A DNA stretch of 64,000 bases from Mobula hypostoma (Eukaryota). The number at the start of each line of letters is the position of its first letter. The first letter of the stretch is position 1. The notes beneath the pieces are model-generated. The model saw only the letters and a program-made list of their open reading frames with translations. It was not told the origin of the DNA and made no database searches. The stretch lies in the NCBI RefSeq assembly GCF_963921235.1, contig NC_086101.1, positions 10,666,001 to 10,730,000 of the forward strand, read 5' to 3'. This document shows positions 13,001 through 24,300 of the stretch, in pieces. Position numbers and translations under genes: made by a program.

Positions 13001-15147
13001 TGTGTAGCCAAACTATTAATTTCATTACTTTAAAAAAAAATTTCCTCTAGTGTATCCTGTGCCAAGCTCAATTAGCGTTTTTTTTTGCTAGTTCCTTCAG
13101 CTAATTTTGTAACTCCTCTAATGTTTTATTCCTTATTCTTCTCTTATATGAAGATATCGCTACAATTTTCCCTCTTAAGCCACCCTTCATAGTATCCCAT
13201 AGAATGGAAGGTGAAACCTCTCCATTATCTTTGAATTCTAAGTAAAGGCCAATTTCTTTTTTAATTTGTTCGTTAAAATAGGAATCATTGAGTAGACTTG
13301 AATTTAATTTCCAAATAGTTTTCTTCGGTTGTAGGTCAAAATCAACAGATAAATATATAGGTGCATGGTCACTTACTTCATTTGTCCCAATTCCACAGGT
13401 GTTAATTTTGTCTTTATCTTTTCCAAATGTCATGAAATAATCTATTCTTGTATATACGGAATGGGGGGGGGGACAGAATAATGATTGTAATCCCTTCTAT
13501 CGGGGAAAAGATCCCTCCATATATCAATTAGACAAACATCTTCAAAAAGAGTGTTAACTTTCTTATGTAAGGACTTTGTTTCATACGTTTTTTTTCAATT
13601 AGAAGAGTCTAATTCGGTTGTAATTGTAAATTTAAGTCTCCCCCACATATCAAGAGACCTTCTGTTTCCATTACTATAATATTAGTAATTTTCTGGAAGA
13701 AACTAATATCACTTCCTGGGGGTGCATATATATTCAATAAAGTAACTGGATTTCTGTCTATATTCCCCCTTACCAGAATATATCTGCCCTCCTTATCTCC
13801 CATTTAGAATACAGCTTGCTTGATATGAGAACAGCAATTCCTCTTCTATGTCCTATGAGTTGAGGGCCCCGCTGCAGTACCTATAAGAGTACGTAAAAAA
13901 TATCTATGTCCATTGCACAGAAATGATTACCCCGTGTATTCCTCCCATATATAGTCTCACTTAGGTGGGGAAAAGGAGTGAATGTATGAATTTAAAAAAT
14001 GAGTGATATAAAATCCACATTATAATACGTATTTCTTGAGATAGATATATCACCGTTTATTTTTGCTTCCGTTTAGTTTATCAGCACTTTAAAAGTTAGC
14101 CAAACCTTATGGCTCTTCTGGAGGAGGTGGGGGCTGTATTCGGAGAACTCACAGTCTCTTTCTAATATCCTTCTCTCGTCCTCCTCCTGCCCCCTGCTTT
14201 CCCGGTTCTCTTACTATTTCCCAAGCAGATCGGGATAACTGCTCAGCCAGACTTTCCCTTGGTTTGACCACGGTAACGGGTTGTTCATGTCTGTAGTCAC
14301 CTCTTCCACCGTCTGATATAGCTGTACCTCTCCTTCATAAAATGCTCTCAGTTTAGCAGGGTACGGGGGTTTTGAATTTAATATTTTCTTGCTTTAATCT
14401 TCAGTTCGCTTTCTGTAGGACGGCCGGGGGGTAATCATGATCGAAGTATATTAACTTCCCGTTGCAAAACACCTTCTTCTTACACCAGGCCCTTCGTAGA
14501 ATCTCCCCCTTGCTCTTGAATCGAAGGAATCTTAGTTCTATTGACTATCTCCATAGTCGGGGGAATCTCCAACGCTTCCCGCAGCAACTTTTCTAAAAAC
14601 TCCGTCATCCACAATCCCTGCGCTCCTTCGGGAACATTATAAATCCTGATATTTTTTCCGTCGCGATCTTCCCTCCTGGTCAAGCAATTTACTTTCCTGT
14701 TGATTTAATATTTTTATCGTCTTACTTAGCATCCGTTCCACGTTTTGCTCGCGATCTTCCACCTTCTTAATTCGAGTCTCTGCCACCGCTATTTTCTGAT
14801 TGACGTTGGCGAGCTCTGACTTCATATCATTGAGTTGCTGTTTTATATCATTTTGGACTTCTCTTATCTCTTCCAGAATCCTTATCATATTTGCCGCTTC
14901 GCCTGAACGAGGCCCCGCGTCAGCTTCGCAACCACCCGCACGTGTAGGAGAGCCGCGCGTTGCACCTCTCTCTTCCATAGGCTCCGCAGTGACGCTATAT
15001 TCTTTTCCCCATTCTTGCCCCGCTTATCAGTTCAGATATCTTCGGAATATCTTATACTTGATGGATTAACGGGGCAAATTATGCGTTTTTCCGGAGGAGC
15101 TGTTGACTTAAGCTCCCGTTCTGGACGATGACGCTACCGGAACCCTC
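10032..15147 (-). mobile_element. Near-full-length L1-clade LINE (~5.1 kb), frameshifted
   Basis: ORF1 coiled-coil and KNIRIYNVPEG (14480-14978); endonuclease LLNIYAPP, GGDLN, SDHAP; RT DTEKAFDSV; C-terminal CWRNC..HIFWEC. T-run (poly-A) at 10033; TSD TGAA(C/T)CCTTCC at 10021-10031 and 15148-15158. Confidence 0.9.
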
Positions 15148-16127
15148 TGAATCCTTCCTATTCCTAACTCCCACGCACAGAGACCCCATAGAAAATCCCT
15201 CCATGTCTTCCTCCTTTTCAGCAGCCGTGACACTATCTTTGATCAACAGTACCCCGCCCCCACATCTTTTGCCTCCCTCCCTGTCCTTTCTGAAACATCT
15301 AAAGCCTGGCACTGGAAGAAGCCATTCTTGCCCCTGCACCATCCAGGTCTCTGCAATGGCCACAACATCATAGCTCCAAGTGCTGATCCACGCTCTAAAC
15401 TCGTCCGGTTTGTTCATATTACTCCTCGCATTAAAATAGACGGTCTGAGCGCATCCCTTCTTCATCACCTGCCGATCCTCCCTTTCGCAATGTCTCCAAG
15501 CTTTCTCTATTTGTGAGCCAACCTCCATTTCCTCTGTCACTTCAGTTCGGTTCCCACCACCCAGCAATTGTAGTTTAAACTCTCCCCAATAGCCTTAGCA
15601 AACCTCTTCCCCAGGATATTGCCCCCCCCCCGGTTTCACGTGCAACCTGTCCCTTTTGTGCCGATCACAACTGCCCCAAAGGAGCTCCCAATTATCCAGA
15701 AATCTGAATCCCTGTCCCCTGCTCCAATCCCTCAGCCACGCATTTATCCTCCACCTCATTCCATTCCTATATTCACTGTCACGTGGCACAGACAGTAATC
15801 CCGAGATTACTTCCTTTGAGGTCCTACTTCTCAACTTCCTTCCTAACTCCCCGCAGTCTGTTTTCAGGACCTCCTCTCTTTTCCTACCTAAGTTGTTGGT
15901 ACCAATATGTACCACGACCTCTGACTGTTCTCCTTCCTACTTCAGAATATCGTGAACGCGATCAGAAACATCCCGTATCTTGGCACCTGGGAGACAAATT
16001 ACCATCGCGTTTCTTTCCTGCATCCACAGAATCGCCTGTCTGACCCCCTGACTATAGAGCCCCCTATCACTGCTGCCACCCTCTTCCTTTCCCTGCCCTT
16101 CCAAACGACAGTGATACATGATACATG

Positions 16128-17092
16128 ACACATGTCGTGATACACGTTGGTACCAACGACATAGGCAGGAAGAGGGATGAGTTCCTGAAATGTGAGTTTC
16201 GGGAATTAGGCAGAAGGCTGAAGAACAGGACCTCAAGGGTGACGTTCTCAGGATTGCTGCCAGTGCTATCTGACCGTGATGGTAAGAATTGGAGGAGATG
16301 GCAGTTGAATGCGTTGCTGAGGAGTTGGTACAGGGAGCAGGGTTTTAGATTTTTGGACCATTGGGATCTCTTCTGGGGAAGGTGGGACCTGTACAGATTG
16401 GATGGGTTGTACCGGAACTCGAGGGAGAGCAATATCCTTGCAGGTAGGTTTGCTAGCATGGTTTGGGAGGGTTTAAACTAATTTGCAAGGGGGATGGGAA
16501 ACGGAGTGATAGAGCAGTGAAAGCAGTGCATGGAGTAAAGCCAGATCCAACATATAGAGAGGCTTTGAGGAAAGAGAAGCAGAACAAACGATGTAAAGAA
16601 AGTAAGGTAGGACGGCTGAAATGTGTGTACCGCAATGCAAGAAGCACCAGAAATAAAGGTGATGAACTGAGGGCTTCGATACATAAGTGGAATTATGATT
16701 TAGTGGCCATTACAGAGACTTGGCTGGCACCAGGGCAGGAATGGATTCTCAATATTCCTGGATTTCAGTGCTTTAAAAGGGATACAGAGGGGGGAAAGGG
16801 GAGGAGGGGTGGCATTACAGGTCAGGGATATCTTTACAGCTACAGAAAGGGTGGGTAATGTAGCAGGATCCTCTTTTAAGTCAGTATGGGTGGAAGTCAG
16901 GAACAGGAAGGGAGCAGTTACTCTATTGGCGGTATTCTATAGGCCTCCTGGTAGCAGCAGAGATGCAGAGGAGCAGATTGGGTGGCAGATTTTGGAAAGG
17001 TGCAAAAATAACAGGGTTGTTATCATGGGTGACTTCAACCTTCCTAATATTGATTGACACCTGATTAGTTCCAAGGGTTTAGATGGGGCAGA
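16128..17092 (+). mobile_element. CR1 fragment (ORF1 esterase and endonuclease), same subfamily as 46970-50945
   Basis: HVGTND, FLDHW, NARS, AITETW and GDFN motifs; nearly colinear with 47600-48565. Confidence 0.9.
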
Positions 17093-17635
17093 GTTGGTGG
17101 TAGGGGAGGAAGTGTAAGGGCATGTGTAGCACTTGTTCTGTTCACAAGGATAAGTGCCAGGAGGGAGATCAGTGGGGAGGGATGCGGGGGACGAATGGAC
17201 AAGGGAGTCACATAGGGAGCGATCCCTGTGGAAAGCAGAGAGAGGGGGGGAGGGAAAGATGTGCTTAGTGGTGGGATCCCGTTGGAGGTGGCGGAAGTTA
17301 CAGAGAATAATATGTTGGACCCAGAGGCTGGTGGGGTGGTAGGTGAGGACCAGGGGAACCCTATTCCTAGTGGGGTGGCGGGAGGATGGAGTGAGAGCAG
17401 ATGTACGTGAAATGGGGGAGATGCGTTTGAGAGCAGAGTTGATGGTGGAGGAAGGGAAGTCCCTTTCTTTAAAAAAGGAGGACATCTCCCTCGTCCTGGA
17501 ATGAAAAGCCTCATCCTGAGCGCAGATGCGGTGGAGACGGAGGAATTGCGAGAAGGGGATGGCATTTTTGCAAGAGACAGAGTGAGAAGAGGAATAGTCC
17601 AGATAGCTGTGAGAGTCAGTGGGCTGATAGTAGAC
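17093..17635 (-). mobile_element. Penelope-like element fragment (RT C-terminus/linker)
   Basis: VYYQPTDSHSYLDYSSSH..SCKNAIPFSQFLRLHRIC and PLVLTYHP motifs. Confidence 0.85.
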
Positions 17636-18188
17636 TTTGTTCATTTCTTTTCCATCTGATTGTGTTCTTCCTTGTAAAAAAATATGTATTAATTTAAGTT
17701 TTTCTTGTGAGTGCTGCCTCTGTGATGCTCTATAGCCTGCAATGTTGCTGCATGTGTGTGTGTTTTTGAGCTGGTGCTTACATGGACTTTTGCACATGAC
17801 AATAAGCAAAATTGAAACTTTGAAGAGACAATTTGTCGGGCACATGGACAAGGAAGGTTGAGAAGGATCTGGGCTAAACACTGGCAAATGGGACTAGTTT
17901 CGATGGGACAAGTTGGTCATCATGGACCAGTTGGGCTGATGGACCTGTTTCTGTGCTGTATATCTCTACAATTAAACATCAGTGACAGTGATGAAGTTTC
18001 AGAGCCTCCATTTTAACAGTCCATTGCAGCCATTTCTGTTTCTTCCAATAAAGACCTATTGACATTACAGGAGGAGCATGCTCCTGTCGTTGTGGACTTT
18101 CAACCTCATGGAATTCTACTGAACTAATTCCGCTGGAGTGCATTACAGATTTTTTTCATTGTCTCATTCACTGATCTTTATTCTACAG

Positions 18189-18308
18189 ACGATCTCTTTC
18201 CTGCTGTTCCTGAATGGGTCCCGCCACTGGTCATCACCATTTGTGTTGTAATTGCTGCTCACTGCACTGTGATTTATTGGAATGTGAAACAAAACAGACG
18301 CATAAAAG
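18189..18308 (+). CDS. Transmembrane exon of the butyrophilin-like gene (120 nt, phase 1-1)
   Basis: Acceptor ctttattctacag|AC, donor AAAG|gtacgt. Encodes the stalk DLFPAVPEW, the hydrophobic span LVITICVVIAAHCTVIYW and the basic stop-transfer KQNRRIK. Sits in one of the few non-repetitive stretches. Confidence 0.8.
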
Positions 18309-21300
18309 GTACGTTTCTGCAATATTGTGTAGTGCTGGCCTGGAAATCCAATGTAAGATCTCGTAGTTTCCCTCTGAAATATCCGTGAAAAGCCAGAGCA
18401 TTTTCTGGAGAAATCATGTAAAATACACATTTCTAAGCAGGGTCTGACATTCCAGCAGTGAACGTTGTCTCTGGAAAGAATATTTGTAGCCATAGAGATG
18501 GGAAGTAAGGAGGAAAACTGCCCGATGTTGCATCTCCTGTGTCTGTATGATGAAGTGCCAGGAGGTTCAACTGGTCACTGATTCACGTGCTTCAAAGAAG
18601 AATGCCTGCTCACAGAGATATGTTGTCCTGAACATGCAAAGGATCTTTGAGGCAAAATCTGTCATCTTGGAGTACACAGGTCCCAGGTATTGATAAAACG
18701 AGTCCAGACCCAGAGTCTCAAATTTATATTTCAAAGCCGAGTTACACTGAATTTCAACTAGTTCCGTTTGGAGTTCCTCCGGTACATCTGATGCTGCGTT
18801 GACGGCAAATGGCGAGCAAAATAATGAGAATTCCTTCTCAAGCTGAGTGAAGACTTGGAAAAGATTCTGAAACTCACTTTTCAGCCGTGATATTTTGTCC
18901 TTGTACCTGTCCCTGTTGTCATTATCTTTCTATTAACTCTGTAACCCCTCTCTCAACTCCTCTCCCCCTTTCTCTCTACACTCTGTCTACACTCCTTTCT
19001 AACACCCTCTCTACCCCTCTACAGCCCTCCTTCTCCCCACTCTCTCACTCCTATCTCCCCACTCTCTCTTCCCCGTTCTCCCCACTCTCTATCCCCCACT
19101 CTCTTCCCCCTCTCTCCAAGCCCCTCTCTCTACACCTCATCTCTATGCCAGCGCTATCTAACCCCGCGCTATTTCCTCCCACATCCTGTCAGCAAGTTTC
19201 CATCAGCAGGTCCAAACTTTAACATGGATTTGGCTGAATTCTGCAGTGACAATCATTTACCATCAGTGGATCTCAGGTGTTACGTACCCCGTAACTGGGT
19301 TGCCAAACCAGCAGAAATGGATCACTCAGTTGGAGTCTGGATTACTAGAACTAAGGAAGTTTTATTAAAGAAACAAGCAATACAGTACTCTAATCAAAAG
19401 GATAATAAATGCAACAGTTCAGCAATGATAAACACACATGTGCACAGAATTAAGATAACAGGATCAATCAAGCTCTATCGTTGTCTAGGGGTAAATGACC
19501 AGTTTCAAAGTGACGCAAAGTTCAGTTCAATTTAGTTCAGTTCAGTTCACAGTAATCGCTGCCGTGGGAGATGGACAGTGTGGGGGAAGGAGAGAGAGAG
19601 CAAAAACGAATGAATATTCAAAACGGCTTCCACACAGACCTTCGCAGTCAGCTTTCGGGCGAGTCCTTTGTGATGTCATCTGAGGTCACCGACCGTGACC
19701 CCTCCGTTTCCAGATGCAATGGTTTCCCTGCGGTGAACCCGGCACCCAGGCAAGGGTGGACACACACCAGGTTCCCGCCAATCGTGCCTTTCCACCCTGA
19801 GCGTCTATGGCTTGTCCCGCGACTAGCCGTCCAAAACTTCCCACCAACTTGTGAGAGGCGCACCGCTTCCAGAGTCTCGTTACCTCGGGGTGTCATGTGT
19901 GTTGCCTTAGCGAACCTGTCCCTTTTTATCCCCCTGCTGGGGTATCGCCTATCCATCACTTCAAACAGTTCAGGGTTCAAAGGGGGAGCCGATCTTGACA
20001 GCTCTCCTTCCTTCATTAACATCTCCAAATGCTGCTCCATTGTTTTCCTTATCTCTCTCTCTCCTGAAGACAGGTGGCAGACCAACTGCTGATCCCACTG
20101 GTGCCAGCCCAGGCCAGCTACATCTTAATCTATGTGTATTCTTGTCACACACGGATGAACTCTTTTTATGATCCACATTCTCAGCTTCAGCCGTCCAGCA
20201 GATGAGCTTTACCCCTGAGATGGACTGACGTGTAAATTTGTTCAGGATTTTCTGTTCAACTGCATGGATGGAAATTGAATTGAATTGGAATTGGTTTATT
20301 ACCATAACAAGCACCAGAAATTTGTCTTGCCTGCTGTTCTTACAGATTAATTCATGACACAGTGCATTGATAGAACGAGGTAAAACAATAACATGCAGAG
20401 AGAAGTGTACCAGCTCCAGAGCAAGTGCAGTGCAGGTAAATGATAAGGAGCAAGACCATATTGAGGTAGATCGTGAGATCAAGAGTGCATCTTATTGTAC
20501 TAGAAAATCATTCAATAGTCTTATAAGAGCAGGGTAGAAGCTGTCCTTTAGACTGCTTTCAGGCTTTTGGATCTTCCACCCCATGGGAAATGGTGATGCT
20601 GGAGACTGAGACTCTGGGATCTCCATCTGGGAAAGTTACTGACATGGTCCTTGATGATAAACATTTACTTTCTGACCTACAAGTGATGATACAGAATTAG
20701 GAGCTCTTATTATGTATTTAAAGCTGTTTCATGTGAAATTAATTGCACACTAAATACATGAGAGATTTCTTCAGTCTTGTCTGTTCTTTCTGTTTTCAGA
20801 GTGGAAGAGGATACAAGGCCATGAAGGTAAGATCTTGTGTTACTAGACTGAGAGGTTTACTATAAACAGCTTTTTGAAAATGAATCAGTCCCGGTGTAAT
20901 GGGAGGTATTCAGGAGTTTGAAGGAGTTCAGGGTGATGTGTTCTCACAAAGGTGGAAAAAGTCATGTGGCATGATTGCATTCATAGGTCGCAGCGTAGAA
21001 TGTAACATTTCTGTCTAACCCCTTCTCTTTCTATGCACCCCTCTCTCTTAATCCTTCCTTCTCTCTGCACCCTAGCTCTCCCACTGAACCATTCTCCATG
21101 TCTCTACCAAACCAACTCTCTATCCCTCTACCCCATTTCTCTCTACACCCTCTCTTAACCTTATCTCTCCAACCCCTCTCCCTACCCACTCTACCCACTC
21201 TCTCGACCCCGCCTCTCTAACCCCACTCTCTACCCCGACTCTCCACCCCTTCCCTCTACCGCCTTGCTCTTCACTCTCTACCCTCTCGCTCTAACCCTCT

Positions 21301-24300
21301 GTCTCTATCCTTCTCTATCTACCCCCTCTCTGTTCACCTCTCTCTATCCCTCTTTCTAACTGCCCCTCTCTTCTCCCCCATCCATCCATCCAACCCCTTC
21401 CCTCCCACTCTCTCTCCAACCCACCCAATCTAACCCCTTGTCTCTAACACCCCGACTCTAACACCCTTTCTAATGCCATCTCTAACCCCCTCTCTCAACC
21501 CCTTCTCTCTCTAACCACTCTGTATCCTCTCCCTCAAGCCCCTTCTCTACCACCTCTATACCCCGCTCCCTCTCTATCCTGCTTCCCTCTCTCTGCACCC
21601 CACTCCACCTGCACCCTGCTCGCTGTGTCTGACACCTCTCCCTACCAGCCCCTCTCTCTACCAAACCCTCTCTATCCCTCTACCCCATTTCTCTCACCCC
21701 TTCACTATCTACCCACTCTCTCTACCTCCCTCTGTCTATCCACTCTCTCTCCACCCACTTTCTATACCCCTCTCTCCACCCCTCTCCTTCTACCCCCTCT
21801 CTACCCTCAATCTCTACCCCTCCTTCTACCCCCCTCTACCCACTCTCCCTCGCCATCTCTAACACTCTCTATACCTCTTCTCCCTCTGACCATCTCTGTA
21901 TCCCCTACTCTCTAAATTCTCCCTCAACACCGCTCTCTACCCCCTTCTCTCTACCCCCCTCTCCCCACCCCTCCCTCTAAACCCCACTCGCTAAAGCCCT
22001 CTCTCAAAAACCCACTCTCTTTAACCCCCCTCCCCAATACCCTCCCTCTCTACCCTGCCAGTATCCCCTCGCTCTCTACCCCTCTCTCTTTCTTTCCCCT
22101 TCTCGCTCTATGCACCCCTCACTCTCTCTCTGCACCCACTCCCTCTACACCATGTCTCTGCACACTACTCCCCACCAGCCCCTCTCTCTCGCTACTCCCT
22201 CTCTGTACCCTCTCTCTCTACACTCTCTCTGTACCCTCTCTCTCTACCCCCTCTCTGTACCCTCTCTCTCTACACTCTCTCTGTACCCTCTCTCGCTACC
22301 CCCTCTCTGTAGTACCCTCTCTCTCTACACTTCTGTCCCTATCCCTCTCTTTCTCTTTCTTCCCCCGTCCGTCCAATCCCTTCCCTCCAATTTTTCCCTC
22401 CAGCCCCTTCCCTCCCATCACTTAACTCCAACCCAGTCTCTCTAACACCTAGTCTCTAACACCACGTCTCTAACACCCTCTCTCTAATGCCCTCTCTTTA
22501 CACTTCACTCCCCCACTCTACCAAGCATGCTCTCTACCCTCCTACTCCCCATCCCCTCTGTCTCTACCCCTCTCTCTCCCCCTTTCTACCCCCTCGCACT
22601 CTAACCACTCTCTCTACCCCCACTCTCCAAAGCCCTCTCTCCCACTCCCTAACCCCTTCTCTCTTTAACCCTTTATTTCTACCCCCCACCTTCTCTGTAC
22701 CCTCTCTCTCTATCCCTCTGTTCCTCCATCCATCCAATACCTTCCCTCAAATTTTCCCTGTAACCCCTTCCCTCCCATCACTTACCTCCAACCCACTGTC
22801 TCTAACATCTTGTCTCTTACACCCTCTCTCCACACCCCCTCTACCTCCCTTTCTGTACCATCCTCACTCTAACCCCTCTCTCTAATGCTCTCCCTTTACA
22901 CTCCACTCCCAGACTCTCCCAAGCATCCTCTCTACCCTCCCATTCTCTGCCCACCTTCTCTCTATCCCCTCTCTCTACCTTCTTTCTACACAGCCCTCTC
23001 TCTCTATGCTTCTCCCTTTCCGCACACCCCTCTCTCTCACACCCTATTCTCTCTGCACCCTCCCTTTCTCAGCACCCAACTCCCTACCACCCCGTCTCTA
23101 CCAAATGCCCTCTCTATTCCCATTTCTCTTTACCCCCTCCCCTCTCTCCCCATCTCTAACAAGCTCTCTCTACCCCCTCTCTACATCCTCTCTACCACCC
23201 CTCTCTCTACCCATTTCTCTCTCTCCCACTCTACCCCCTCTCTAATCTTTATCTCTTTACTCCTCTTTCTCAACACACCCTCTCTTTACCTCTCACTCTC
23301 TACATCCTCTCTCTACCCCCTTCTCTCTCTCTTCCCCCATCCATCCAATTCCTTCCCTCCAATCCTCTCCCTGTAACACCTTCCCTCCAACACGTTCCCT
23401 CCAACCCACTCTTTCTATCACCCTGACGCTAACCCTCTCTCTACAACCTTCTCTGTAAAGCCCTCTCTATAGCCCCTATCTCTACCTCCACTCTCTCTAC
23501 CCCCTCTCTCTCTCGACTCCCTCGCTCCACCCCTTGACTTTCTATCCCCTCGCTATCTACCAACTCTCCAACCCCCTCTCCAACCCTCACTCTCTAACCC
23601 CTTCTCACTCTAACCCCTTCTCTCGCTACCCTCTCTACAGCCCCTCTCTCAAACCCCTTGCTCTCTACCCTCTCTCTCTACCCCTGCCATCTACACCCTC
23701 CCTCTCTATCACCTCTCTGTACACACGCTCTACCCCCTCCCTCTGTCAACCCCCTCCCTCTACTCCCCTCTCTCCCTACCCCTCTCTCTAAAACTCCCTC
23801 TCTACCCCCTTCATGTCTACTGTATTTCTACCCTCTCTCTACCCTTCTCCCTAACCCCCTCTTTCTACCCCCTCTCTACATCATCTCCCTAATCATCTCA
23901 CTCTACCCCTCTCTCTGACCCCTCTCTCACTACCTATCTATTTACCCACTCTCAACCGCTCTTTTGACCATCTCTCTCCTCCTCTCTCTCTATCCCTCTC
24001 CCGCTTTCTCTCTACCCCCTCTGTACACCCCTTTCTACCACCTCTCTATGCAGTCACACCCCTCCTTCTTCCCCCTCTCTATCTCCCCACCTCTCTCCTC
24101 CCCACTCTCTATCCCCCTCTCTCTAAGCCCCTCGCTCTCTACCCTCTCTCTCAAACCCCCTCTCTCTGCCCTCCCTATCTACCCTCTCTCTCTACTCCCG
24201 CAATCTACACCCATTCTCTCTACCCCCTCTCTCCCTACCCACTCCCTCTCCCGACCCCCTCTCTCTAACCCTCCTTCTCTAACCCCATCCCACTCTACTG

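Larger units (their letters stand above)
6015..16105 (-). mobile_element. Near-full-length decayed CR1 split by a solo LTR (6927-8460) and an L1 (10032-15147)
   Basis: Colinear minus-strand pieces: ORF1 esterase (HIGTNN, 15595-15915), endonuclease (YFNARS, GDVNFP), RT (QHGFVKGRSC, DFSKAF) and C-terminus/3' UTR (6015-6925). Sequence is continuous across both TSDs. Confidence 0.85.
19183..21001 (+). repeat. Local duplication, copy 1 (~0.94-kb core plus solo LTR)
   Basis: Aligns by eye with 26477-28026 from ATCCTGTCAGCAAGTTTCC to CATAGGTC..AGC.TAGAAT. Confidence 0.95.

Noticed and set aside
18310..18930. Additional heptad microexons after the TM exon
   Set aside because: Candidate AG/GT pairs gave in-frame stops or lacked donors; undetected ones cannot be excluded, here or in 26090-26476.
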